A stretch of DNA of 63,470 bases, counting the filler, from Psammoneis japonica (taxonomy: Eukaryota), in the NCBI GenBank assembly GCA_008632985.1. It is 3 parts of 3 records of this genome, joined end to end, with 100 filler letters (N's around TTAATTAATTAA, not from the genome) between each part and the next. Parts side by side here need not be neighbours in the genome. Positions count along the whole stretch, not along the records: positions 47,570 to 63,470 come from QPGO01000481.1; 2 more parts are not named here. One strand, 5' to 3'. Within the stretch, counting starts at the first letter, position 1. The number at the start of each line of letters is the position of its first letter. Below are positions 52,780 to 63,470 of this stretch, one piece after another. The notes under the pieces are model-generated. The model made no database searches and was not told the DNA's origin. It saw only the letters and a list, made by a program, of their open reading frames with translations. The position numbers and the translations under genes are program-made.

Positions 52780-53990
52780 GCAGAGGAAGAACTCTCACCT
52801 GTCGAACAAACTTGCTTCCAACGGAGCTTAAAAAAGCTGCACACCTGTGTGCCTCAGCTCTGCACTGCACCAAAGGCACACAAGAAGCCACGGGCAACCC
52901 ACCCCATTGTGAGCTGCATCAATGGTGAGAACAAAATTTTCTCCAAGTGGCTTGATTCAAAAATGAAGGAGCTTCTGCCACTCTCACGGACATGCATCTG
53001 AGACTCTCACCAAGTCATGAGTGACCAACAACTGGGGAAACTCCTGCCAGATGCAAAACCACTCACAGCCAATGCAGCCAGCATGCATTCCAACATCAAC
53101 ACTGCGCACACACACTGGAAACATTCTGTTGCTGGCTCCTCAAGCACCCTGATTAAGCACCTGAAAATTTCCCAATCAATTTTTTCTGACCGCCCTTGAG
53201 ATCATCATGACAAGGAACATCCTCCAGCTTTGCAACGCCTTCTGGCTCCAAACAAATGGAACAGCCATGGGTGGCAGCATGGCTTGCATGTGTGCCGCCA
53301 TGTCCCAAGCCCTCCACAATTGCCAAAACATCCCAAGATTCATCTGCAACCTCCTGTGTTGTGGATGATTCGTCAATGACACACTTGGCGTGCTGACCGG
53401 CAGCAAACAAGGCAAGACTTGGGAGAAGCTCAAGCAAGAACTTGACAACCATGGCCTGCTGAAATGGGAAACATCTGAACTCAGCAAACACACAGTTTTC
53501 CTGGATCTTGACATCCGGATTGGAGCAAACTGATGCCACAAGATCAAGACCAAGATGCACCAAAAACCAGTGAACCTGCACTTGTGCACTCCACCAAGCT
53601 CCGCCCACCCACCTGGAGTGCTGAAAAGTGGTGTCGTGCATGGCAACCTGCATGTGTGCTGGGCCCAAAATTCAGACCCCATGGACTGCAAATGAACAGC
53701 CACCCAGTTCTTCAACAAGCTGGCAGCATGTGGCCACAACAAAGAAAGCACTTGCAACAGCTCCTTTTAGAAGCCTCTGTGGCTCTCCAAGGCCAAAACC
53801 CTCCAAGCTCTAATGTCACTGATGCAACCAACCCAGCACTGTCCCATTTTTTCACCAAGAAGAACACCATCCATGCAGAGCACCATGCAAAGAGATGCAA
53901 AAAATCCACCAAGATGCCTGTGAAGTGCACGCTGGATTCAAGTGGCTGGCAGTGGCATTCTCAAGGCTGAAAAACCTCCAAGATGCTTCG
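52780..53990 (+). mobile_element. Penelope-like element reverse transcriptase relic
   Basis: PKAHK.P..HPIVS; TANAASMHSNI; FWLQTNGTAMG..MACMCA; *FVND; FLDLDIRI; HQKPVNLHLCTPPSSAHPPGVLKS; AFSRLKNLQD. This is the PLE RT motif order with Tyr changed to His/Cys. Confidence 0.8.
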
Positions 53991-54716
53991 AAACAAATGC
54001 CTCTCAACAAACCCACCAGACAATGTGCGTTGCACTGCACAGAAAATTTTGGGGCCAGAGCTCTGGCTTGGCAACCCCATTGTGACAAGACATCTCTGGC
54101 AAAATGTTCAAAGTGGGTGAACCACAACAGCTGTGGAAAGGCACAATGGCCAACCCTCCCTGCTCACAACCCCTTTCAAACCTTTTGAGCCATGCTCAAC
54201 AATGCATTGACCTTGACCACATGATTGTCTGTTGCAGCCATTCTCTCACAACCTTGGAAATCTTCTTTCCTGCCACAAACTCTGCATCTCCCATGCCCCC
54301 CAGTTATGTCCTGTCAGATTGCAAATGGGGAGGCCACTGAGAGAGAGAGGGGGGGGCATGAGGCAGCGAACATGATGACAAAAATGATGGTCACACCATG
54401 AGGTCACACACAAAGCAGCACCTTTTGTTGCACTTGCTGCTCCTGACTTCTGCAATGATTGAGATGCTGAGAGGTGTGAGTGTGCTAAAAAATTGAAGGG
54501 AGATGTGTGGCGTCATTGTTTGGCACTGCTCATCAACACACCAGGCATGCAGCACACAGCACAGCAGCATGCTGAAACAAAAAACAGCAGGTCTTTGGCA
54601 GCTTGACAGCAAAAGCTGAGTCAACCATGATTGTGCAAAATCAAAATCCATGCAGAGCATGGCACTTGGCTGCTGTCAATGATTGTCAAAACCTGCCAAG
54701 AAACTGCCCCATTGTG

Positions 54717-54782
54717 TCTGTTAAGACAACACTCATTTTCTCCAGCTGGTCTGTTGAGACAACACTCATTTTCTCTGGCTGG
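54717..54782 (+). repeat. 33-bp tandem duplication
   Basis: TCTGTTAAGACAACACTCATTTTCTCCAGCTGG followed by TCTGTTGAGACAACACTCATTTTCTCTGGCTGG. Confidence 0.9.
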
Positions 54783-55342
54783 AGCCGTTGGGTCAATCAG
54801 CAAGGATGGGCTGACACACTGAGGCCAGTTTTTCTCTGGAGGTGTCATGGCCACATCAAAAAATTCCAGATGTGCCATGTTGCATGCATGCATTAATTGT
54901 CAAAACAAAAAGGTTGGCAAAAACAGGCCCGACTTTGTCCCACACCAGTTTGCACAGCTGCAGCATGATGCTGACACACAGGGTGCATTTGCTTGCACGA
55001 CCATGCAAGATTTTTGCATGGCAATGACTGTGAACATGTGCACAACCAGTCAAACTGTGGCCATTGGCATTTCCCAGGAAGTTCTGGCATGACCACCAAT
55101 TCAACCCTGAAGTGTGCAAATGAAAGAGATCTGCCAAGCCAAGTGCTGACTCTGAGAGCAGAGAAGGAGTGTCTCTGGCAGTGTGGCATGAGTGTGCTGC
55201 TGCTGCTCACAAAAAGAGCTGCACCTCAAGAGCCCACAGCAAAGGATTGGAAAGAGGAAGGACAGCAGGTGGGTCATGAAACACTCAGCATGCACCCAGC
55301 CACTGTGTGACAACAAATGACAACATGCAGTGGCTCTGGAGA

Positions 55343-55344
<2 letters not shown>

Positions 55345-55375
<31 letters not shown>
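55345..55375 (+). repeat. (GA)n microsatellite
   Basis: Pure GA run. Confidence 0.95.
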
Positions 55376-55378
<3 letters not shown>

Positions 55379-55693
55379 GAACCCCCCACTCAGTCACTTG
55401 ATGCAGGCAAGACAGTGAGGCAATGCAAAAGTGCATCACCAAGAGGAGACTGAAGTGGAGCAACTCTGTGGGCTGCCCTCAGTGTGAGGAGAATCGGCAA
55501 GGCCTGCCATAAAGGCAGAGTTCTAATGCTGGCAATCATTAAATCGAACGAGTGATCAAACCCAAAACCAAGCACCACTGTCCTTCCTTCTTTTCATCAA
55601 AACATTGCACTAGTTCTTTAATGGACTCTCGTAGTTCATTTTATTTGAGAACCGTTAACTGGGCGCACAATTTCATCTCGGCAACGAGTCGAC

Positions 55694-56935
55694 TCACGCC
55701 TTTGATCTGCTTGGCCCTCTGGAAAACAGTGGAGTCGAAACCTCTTCACCATCGTCTCTTTCAGGTGTCGTGTTGACGTTTGACATGCTTGAAGAAATTG
55801 TCTCCACGTGTTGAGCTAGTGCTTCTTGGTAAGTTTTCAGTCGAGTTTCGCCGATAAATAGTCGAAGCTGTAGTGCTTGAATTTTTTCTTCGCAGCTTTC
55901 CTTCTCTGTCTGCATGGCTCTCTTGTGCGCTATTTCCATATCAGCGAGTTTCTCATCTCTGTCTATTATAGCAAGTTTGAGCTGTCGAATCTGCTCTTCC
56001 AGGGCTTTGATGCGAGCAGAAGCCCGTTTCATATCAGAAGGGTCATGATGTGCAGAACGATCCGTTGTCGAAACATCCCCTGCAATCTCTGAGCGGCCGT
56101 CCCCAATTGTTGAACTTGTCATAAGCGATTCTTTCCAAGCCATCTCGCTTGACTTTGTGGGTCCGTCGTGATGTGTATCCCCTCCCCTGTTGGCATCTCC
56201 TAGTGCTGGTTTATCTTTTTCTGGCGCAATCGGCTTTGATGCAATCTCCCTCAGTTCATCCTCCATTTCGTTATCATCTCCATCGTTTTTCTTTATACCA
56301 CCGCTTACAACAGAGCTGGGTGTACACACAGGTTTCGAAGGCTGAGGCCGTTTCTTTGTAACCTCAATCCAAGAATCAGGTTGCTGCTCATTGTCGTGGC
56401 GTAGGACTCTGATGGGAGACAAAACACCGTGATCTTTTTCTGCTACTGGTGACAACGGCGGACTCTCGTCTGTATCTGTTGAAGCAGAATCGATACTACG
56501 CCGAAAATCTTCAATATTGCGACTTTGTTTTCGATTCTTCTTCGCCGCCTGTTCGTCTGCTTTTAGTGTCTCTTCTTTCATGAGTTTCTTTGCCATTGCA
56601 TTGGCTTTCTCCGTCATTACCGAATGTCGCTGAGCTACATCCCTGTCAATCACTTTCTGTGCCTTCTCACTTGGAATTAACGCGGGAGTAAGAACGTATG
56701 GGTTACAATCAGTGTCATTGGTATCCTGACTTGACTGGTACAGAGTCTGCAGCAGCTGAAATCGTTGCTCTTGAAGGCTGCTGAACGGCGGCTGGTTTCC
56801 GTTTGTCACCATGCCACAAATGTACACTAGGTGTTGTGAAATTCCCATGGCTTCTTGCTTTTCTGTCAGTGGTAAGCTCATACCAACCTTACCAGCACCC
56901 AAATCGTTCACCAAGGACTCTTCGACGATGTCCAT
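55694..56935 (-). CDS. Hypothetical protein, disordered middle and C-terminal coiled coil (may have an upstream exon)
   Basis: 413-aa ATG-initiated ORF with normal dinucleotide content; heptad region RIKALEEQIRQL...KIQALQLRLFIGETRLKTYQEAL. Confidence 0.75.
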   Translation of the reverse strand: MDIVEESLVNDLGAGKVGMSLPLTEKQEAMGISQHLVYICGMVTNGNQPPFSSLQEQRFQLLQTLYQSSQDTNDTDCNPYVLTPALIPSEKAQKVIDRDVAQRHSVMTEKANAMAKKLMKEETLKADEQAAKKNRKQSRNIEDFRRSIDSASTDTDESPPLSPVAEKDHGVLSPIRVLRHDNEQQPDSWIEVTKKRPQPSKPVCTPSSVVSGGIKKNDGDDNEMEDELREIASKPIAPEKDKPALGDANRGGDTHHDGPTKSSEMAWKESLMTSSTIGDGRSEIAGDVSTTDRSAHHDPSDMKRASARIKALEEQIRQLKLAIIDRDEKLADMEIAHKRAMQTEKESCEEKIQALQLRLFIGETRLKTYQEALAQHVETISSSMSNVNTTPERDDGEEVSTPLFSRGPSRSKA

Positions 56936-57085
56936 CGTTTACGTTGTTTGTCCCTGTCATCCATTGTCTTACCGCATCCATCTTCAATCTCAGATCTCGC
57001 AGTGGTGCGATCTGGGAGCTCGGACCTCGCCTTGAATCGGGATAGTAGCATAACCGCGATGCCAGAACATGCATGGATCAGGCAC

Positions 57086-57201
57086 AGGGCCCTCTCTACT
57101 CTCTAGAGAGTAGCTAGAGTAGAGTAGAGAGCGAGAGCTAGTACCTACTCTAGTAGGGCACACCAGAACGGAGATACTCTCTACTCTAGCTAGAGGGCCC
57201 T
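57086..57201. repeat. ~116-bp CTAG/GTAGA-rich hairpin (MITE-like)
   Basis: Inverted repeats at 57086-57095/57192-57201 and 57111-57124/57179-57192; perfect 18-bp palindrome at 57096-57113. Confidence 0.65.
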
Positions 57202-57320
57202 AGAGCTACATTGTTTGTACTGTTGCAGTGTTCTAGAGTCTACAAAGCTAGATCGCCTTAAGTGCTCATTTTTGAGTATGGCAAATCATAGGAGACATGA
57301 TTGGCTTCCTATTCGCGACG

Positions 57321-58757
57321 TCATTCTGGATTTGAGTTCTCCAACAGCTCCGCATAAGCCACCAAAATCCACAGGAAATCGGTCGCCAACTGCTTCCTGA
57401 CAAGCTTCCGTTTGCACCAGCGATTAGCATTTTCTATAATCTGTAGCACTTCCCTTGTATTGTTCTTGTCTAATGCATACTCCGTCACGTCAACCAAGTT
57501 TGAAAGATTTGCATGTACGGGTATGTAGTGTTTCCAAGGCACAAGCTCGGAATGAAAGTAGTCCACAAATTTCGGTCGCACCTTGATAATGACCGAATTG
57601 TAGCACAACAAATGACCAAATCTGCTACTCCAGGAGTTACCATCCATATCCACAATAGCCATGTACCTCATGAAGTCATCTTGATTCATTCTCTTTCGAA
57701 ACTGCACCTCCGTCGAGTTTAACATTTCGGCGTGCTCCTGCGGGTTGCGAGCTTTTGTAAATCCCACATTAAACAAGTCACGCCGTTGCATTCCATAATG
57801 TACAAGTTTAGCCCGCGGTAAATCTTTCCAGTGCCAATGGAATGGCCCTGTGGGCGATCCCCGCCATACGGCTCGCCGTTTCTTTTTTGACCATGGATAT
57901 TCTCGACGCCACGTTTGAAACTGCTTTTTCCATTCTGATGTAGAGTCTTTTGAGACCGCTTTTCTCCATAAATGATAAGATGGTATTGGCCAAACATTAG
58001 TGTCATTCCTGTCAATTTCGTCAAAGTGATTGAGCCAAGACAGAACGGGAACATTGTTTGGTATGTGATATGGAATTGCGTCTCCTTTGAATAGAATGAT
58101 GGGAAGCGCTTCCAAACTTGCGATTCGCCTTAAGCGAGCATTAGAAGACTGCCTTGCTAGCATCATCGCCATGTCTAACATTTGGTCAAAGGCATGTATC
58201 CGGCTTGTAACGCGGTTTTTGTACTTTAGCAACATGCTTTCCTTTGCTTTTGACTTGAAAATGGTGCCATTCTTTACAATGTAGGGTAAGGTATGAAGAT
58301 GATACCAGCACAACAAAATGTCTGGATTCGTCTCATCTTCTTCTGGAACTAGATTTTGGAACTGATCGAGACACTTGATGTTGTTGATTTCTGTTGCAAA
58401 GACGTCAGTCAGGGCTGAAACATTCATCCGTTGGTGGTGTGGCAATTCAAGATACCACGGATAACCTTGCGGTGGCGTGTCTTGTAGCTGCTGCTTCGTT
58501 TTGGAGTATGTAATTTTCAATGATTTCGCGTCTACACGTTGCTTCTCCTTGTTTTGAATGAGTGCAACTCCGTCTCGCGTCACGTCGTCATGACGAAAAA
58601 CTGCCAACTCGATGAAAAAGCTCCGCGAACTCAAGCACAAAACAACGAAAAGCGATGCCCATCGTACCGTAATTCTTGGATGTATCCGTAGATATCGAGT
58701 CTCATGGGGCATGTTGAAGCCGTTACTACTCGAAGAAGCTTGCTCGTTTCTCGTCAT
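57321..58757 (-). CDS. Glycosyltransferase family 90 (CAP10/KDELC/POGLUT-like), type II membrane protein
   Basis: N-terminal hydrophobic anchor; AVWRGSPTG, YMAIVDMDGNSWSSRF..LL, YFHSELVPWKHYIPV. First ATG at 58757. Confidence 0.9.
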   Translation of the reverse strand: MTRNEQASSSSNGFNMPHETRYLRIHPRITVRWASLFVVLCLSSRSFFIELAVFRHDDVTRDGVALIQNKEKQRVDAKSLKITYSKTKQQLQDTPPQGYPWYLELPHHQRMNVSALTDVFATEINNIKCLDQFQNLVPEEDETNPDILLCWYHLHTLPYIVKNGTIFKSKAKESMLLKYKNRVTSRIHAFDQMLDMAMMLARQSSNARLRRIASLEALPIILFKGDAIPYHIPNNVPVLSWLNHFDEIDRNDTNVWPIPSYHLWRKAVSKDSTSEWKKQFQTWRREYPWSKKKRRAVWRGSPTGPFHWHWKDLPRAKLVHYGMQRRDLFNVGFTKARNPQEHAEMLNSTEVQFRKRMNQDDFMRYMAIVDMDGNSWSSRFGHLLCYNSVIIKVRPKFVDYFHSELVPWKHYIPVHANLSNLVDVTEYALDKNNTREVLQIIENANRWCKRKLVRKQLATDFLWILVAYAELLENSNPE

Positions 58758-58999
58758 GGTCAACGCATCTTCAGCGATTTCGATTGAATGTTCAGCGACA
58801 CCGACGATACTACGAATTGCTGAACAATTGCGCGATACACGTGCCCGAACGGTGATTGTTGCAAGGTCTAACGAGATAAAGACTTCAGTGATAACAAAAT
58901 TGTGAGCGAAAGACCGAGGTAACGAGGGTCGCTTTCAGCGAAGCCCGTTACAACGGCTTCCGTTATATCTAATAGGTTCATTAATACTATATATCAGAA

Positions 59000-61900
59000 A
59001 AATAAGGTGCGAGACACTGCACTCTTCCCTTCCATGATTCGAGTGTCGAGAATCATGCGGGACTCAAAAAATTTAAATTCCAAAGGATAGAAGGGAAACC
59101 CAAATGTTGGGGAGAAAACCCTTAACCTCAGGTATGATACGGTACGACGCGACGTATATTCAATCGTTCTGTCACATGAGGTGTACGTTGGACCGTAAGT
59201 GTACCGTTGGCGTGTACTTGAACGATGGGATGTGGACCGTGAGCTCGTGGCTCGAGCTTGGTTGGGTCGACAGCCTTGAGTAGAACTTGTCCGCCAACTT
59301 GAAAATCGTAGGATCGGCGTTTAGCGTTGGCTCGACGGAGATTTGCATTAATGATCGCTTGTCGGTGTTCTTGAATGGCAGCAAGATCGGCTAGGACCGG
59401 CAAGTCAAGAATCATGTCACGTTGAAAAACCACAGCACCGGGTGAAATCTTGAGAGCACGAGAAACCGCACATCGCATTGCATGCATGGCGGTTGCCAAT
59501 GCATTGTCCACTAGTTGATTAGCCTGCTCAACATTCTGTGGAGGACAAACATGAAGCAAAGTGCGTAAGATGTTTCCAACAGTTTGATGCATGCGCTCGC
59601 ATGCCGCATTGGCTTGTGGGTTTCGCGACGCAGTCGGAGCGTCTTCCACTCCTGCTCGTTGCAATAACAATTGAAAGTCCTCTCCAATGAATTCTCCACC
59701 ATTATCATGGATACATCGGTCAGGTCGAGGACAACGAGACAACCAACAATTTTCAAATTGTTGAGCAATGTGAGACGAGGTTTTGTTGTCGATGCGAACA
59801 AGTTCAGTCACATTCGAAACGGTGTCAATGCAAGTCAAAGCGTTGAATTCGATTTCATGGTTTTGAATTTCAATTTTCCAGGGACCGATGAGGTCAACTG
59901 CAACTTCCGTCCATGGTGATAAAGGCGCTTCCCGTTCAGGTGGGTCCCCATTTCCTCGAGAGAAGGACAGTTCAAAAATGATTCACACAATTCGGGGTCG
60001 TCCACGACAGAAGAATAAAATGGAGATGGTTCTTCACGACGATAGGAAAAATGAGACACATTGTTTTGGTCGTCCAGTTCTTCTTCATGCGGCAGCACAG
60101 CAGGGTCGATCGTCTTAAAATCAATTAGCTTGCCCTTGTTAGGAGCACACTTCCCCTTCCGCAGGAGGGTCCATGTGTGGCAATCTTGAAAAACAATCCG
60201 CCAAAAGATTATCTTTGCCATCAATGTATTCGAAAGTTGGGGCAAAATCTTCCAAGAAGAGTCGCCACCTGAGAACTCGTTGAGAATTGAGCGTACGAAA
60301 GGTGAGATTTTTATGATCCGTAAAAACAGTGCAGTCAGCTCCAAATGACATGCTTCGAAATTCTTTGAAACACATTGCCACCGCCAATGATTCTTTTTCA
60401 ATCGTAGAGTAGTTCTGTTTGTGCTGCGCTGAGTTTCCGGGACCAGCAAGCTACTGGTTTCCCGTCTTGCATAATTGCGGCTCCCATCTGATGGTCCGAA
60501 GAGTCAGTGTAAACATGGAATGGCTTGTTGTGATTCGGGTAGACCCAAAGGGTGTCGTCCAGCATCAAGGTTTTCATATCTTCAAAGGCCCGTTGACATT
60601 CAGGGGTCCATTCCAACTTGCTCTTGCCTGTCAACTTCGTGAGTGGAGCGAGCACGTGTGAACGACGAGGCCACATGTTGCGACAATAAGTTGCCGCACC
60701 GACAAACGATTGTAGTTGCGTCATAGTTTTAGGTGGTTGCATTCGCAGCACCGCTTCCACTTTTTTCTTCCACGGTCGGACTCCTGCAGGCGTGAGCCAA
60801 TGGCCTAAAAAATCCGTCTCTTGGACACACCATTCGCACTTGAGTGGGTTAATTTTCAGATTGTTCTCTTCTAGTCTGGATAACAGCTCATCGAGTCGAC
60901 GCATGTGAGTGTCAAACGAATCATCAAATTGAGCAATGTCATCGATGTAAGTTTCAACATCGATTCCTTTTACCACTTTTTCAACAATGGCTTGAGCAAT
61001 GTCGGGAGAGGTTTTCAAACCCATGGCCCAATCGACAATGTCGAAATTTTCCAAACGGAGTGACAACAGCACACAAATCCTTGGATTCTTCGTCAAGCTC
61101 GACACGATGATAAAACACAGTGAGGTCCAACTTGGTCAAGTGCTTGCATCCCGAGCGTCGGTGAACAACATCTTGAATGATCGGCAGAGGATAGACCTTT
61201 CGTTTGAGTGCCTTGTTCAACTCTCGAAAATCGGACACCCATCGAACTCGTCCATCCTTTTTGGGAGTTGCAAAAGTTCCGGCTGCCCATTCAGTTGGTC
61301 CCACTGGTTCCAGTGCGCCAACATTACATGGATGTTGCAGTTCTTTCTTAAAAACGGCTTCATCCCTCTTGGATGCCTCATGAGCCTTAGAATGGAAGGG
61401 AACAGCGTCAGGATCAACTTCCAAGTGAACAGTCTCATGCAGATGTTTGCCAAGCGTTCCATCAAAGAGGGTTTCATGCTTTTCAAGCACTGCTTGTAAC
61501 TCATCACGTTGTTCTTGAGTCAAGTGAGTTTGAGCTTGCGCCACTTTCGCCGGATGACACTTTTTCGTGTTTGGCGTCCATCACAAAAGATTGTCCGAAG
61601 GTTTCATCATCGTCTTCGTCCTCTCCGTCGTCTTCCAGTGTATCCAACCAATTCTGAACTGAGTTCCAATGATTGGATTGCTTCATTGGGATTGACTTTT
61701 CCAACCACTTCATTGTTCCAAATCGAAAATCAAGCACGATCCCGGCTTTCGACAAAAAGTCTTGTCCCAAAATTAAATCACACTTGCATGGGGCATCAAA
61801 AACTTGAGCCGCAACACTGTCGACTTGTTTTGACTTGTCAAATTCTGGCAATGTCAAGTCTTTCACAATGACATGTCGGGAGGATTCACATCGTCCGGCT

Positions 61901-63470
61901 GCCGTCTGAAAGCTCAACCGTCCTTCATCGTTCATGGTTGGATTCGCTCCCTTCGGCAAAACTCGAGAATGAACAAGAGTGTCAGCACCTCCTGAATCCA
62001 ACAGTGCTCGCAACACTCGCTCACTCTCTTGATTTTGAATGGCACGCGCCGCCATCAACGTCGTTGGCACCACATTCAATGGCTCAGGAGTCGCAGTTTT
62101 AGGGGTTGGTGCAGCGCACTCCAAAACGCCGCCCAAATTTTCTTCATTCATGGTGTGAGATTCCATCAGGTCTCCCACATTGTCATCAACATTAAAACAT
62201 ACATTTTCTTCACAATCACACGAAACATAAAAAGATTGAGCGACACGCTCTGACTCGGGCACTTCCGTCCCTTGTCAATTACGCCAACTTCGTTGGCCTT
62301 GATGGGTGCGACCGTTCTGATCGCATCCATTTCCACCTCGCATCTCACGAGGCCCTCCTTGATCAAAAATGGTGCGACTCCATTTGCCAACCACCAGGAG
62401 GAGCTGCTCCAGCCGGATTTCCATAGCCTTGGGTGTCACCGTTGGCTTGGGTGCCGTTTTGATTTTGGCAATGGGATCCATTCCCTTGAGAATTTTGGGA
62501 GTTGTTACAATTGCCGTAACCTCGGCCTCCATGTCCTCCTTGATTGCCACAATTGCCACGTCCTCGACCTTGGAAGTTGCCACGACTGCCTCCACCTTGG
62601 GGTCCTCTACCTTGGCAGTTTCCTCGGCCTCCACCACGACCTCCGCTACGACCGCCACGGTCGGACCTCGGTCGACAGTTTTGGCTTTCTGGATTCAAAA
62701 TACAATCCTTCCACTTGTGGTCGTGATTCGCATGCACCGGGCATCTAGATTCTGGATCCGTTCTACCACTGTTGCCACGAGAGCGTCTTGAAGCTTGAGA
62801 CGAAGCACTGTTGCTTTTCCTCTTCTTGTCCTGCTTTTTGTTGCCACTTTTGTCAGCAAAAGATTTCTCGTTGTTCACATGACTGATGATCTCAGCGAGA
62901 GTGTCGTTCGCTGTCGCTCGTCCTGCTCGAGCACACATCTCACACCACGGACGAGGAAAAGCTGTCGAATGTTGTCTTTTTCTTCTGAGCTTTGTTGACT
63001 TGAGGAGTGTTTCCTGGTAGTTTGTTGGAGTGCCGAATCAAGGTTTCCATGCGATCTGCATGCGCCTGTGCTTCAGATTTGAATGGTTTCTTCAAAGTTA
63101 GCAAATGTTCAATCATCGTATCACACGCTTCATTGTCACAATAAGACAAGTAAAAACGATTGATTTCCTGATCAAAACGCTCGACAGTTTTATCGGCATC
63201 GTCAATTGCATTGGTCAAGTTCGCCCACTTGTCCTCTGCAGCATCCGCAAGCACTTCCTCGAAATTTTCGAACAACTCCTCGCCAGCAGTGCACTCCAAT
63301 TTCACAGAAATTTTACGAAAACGATCCTCAACGAATAACAATGCTTCAATGCCATGAGTACCATCAAAACGCGGACACTTTTTTGTACGAGTGCTACCGT
63401 CATCATACGATTGGGTCAATTTCACTTCCTCCAAGTCAGAATGCTCAAATTTAGCTTCAGTATGCAAGGC
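59000..63470 (-). mobile_element. Ty3/gypsy LTR retrotransposon (gag, PR, RT, RNase H, IN), frameshifted; 5' end outside the window
   Basis: Gag with CPVH..HDHKWKDC; ALLDSGG; PKKDGRVRWVSDFRELNK; YIDD; VYTDSSD, FTDHKNL; IHDNGGEF, NPQAN..CERMH, GPH(Y). The integrase zinc-finger region is largely deleted at ~59900. Confidence 0.95.
59022..59033 (-). promoter_or_regulatory. Polypurine tract of the gypsy element, followed by the putative 3' LTR start (TG at 59021)
   Basis: Minus strand reads GGAAGGGAAGAG-TGCAGTG, ~95 bp after the integrase stop. Confidence 0.7.

Overview
This is eukaryotic nuclear DNA, most likely from a diatom (inferred from CoDi-type copia motifs, Ambal-like LINE motifs and TTAGGG-derived telomere repeats). 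It consists of three unlinked scaffolds (1-23682, 23783-47469, 47570-63470) joined by artificial 100-nt linkers (N44-TTAATTAATTAA-N44). Scaffold 1 is a subtelomeric mosaic of a 23-bp satellite, LINE and copia fragments and a 412-bp repeat, ending in a telomere-like array. Scaffold 2 holds a long LINE, a foldback, a MITE and two DNA-transposase relics. Scaffold 3 has three host genes (a ZZ-finger/AMP-binding enzyme, a coiled-coil hypothetical and a GT90 glycosyltransferase), a Penelope-like RT relic and a gypsy element. The main signal is that nearly all repetitive DNA, but not the host genes, has lost almost every TpA dinucleotide by conversion to CpA or TpG (A:T to G:C on both strands). Conserved Tyr residues become Cys/His, TAA/TAG stops vanish, TTAGGG becomes TTGGGG/TCAGGG, and paralogous copies show TA, CA and TG at the same site. 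This looks like a repeat-targeted 'reverse-RIP' hypermutation system that I do not know to have been described. All counts are by eye and boundaries are approximate.
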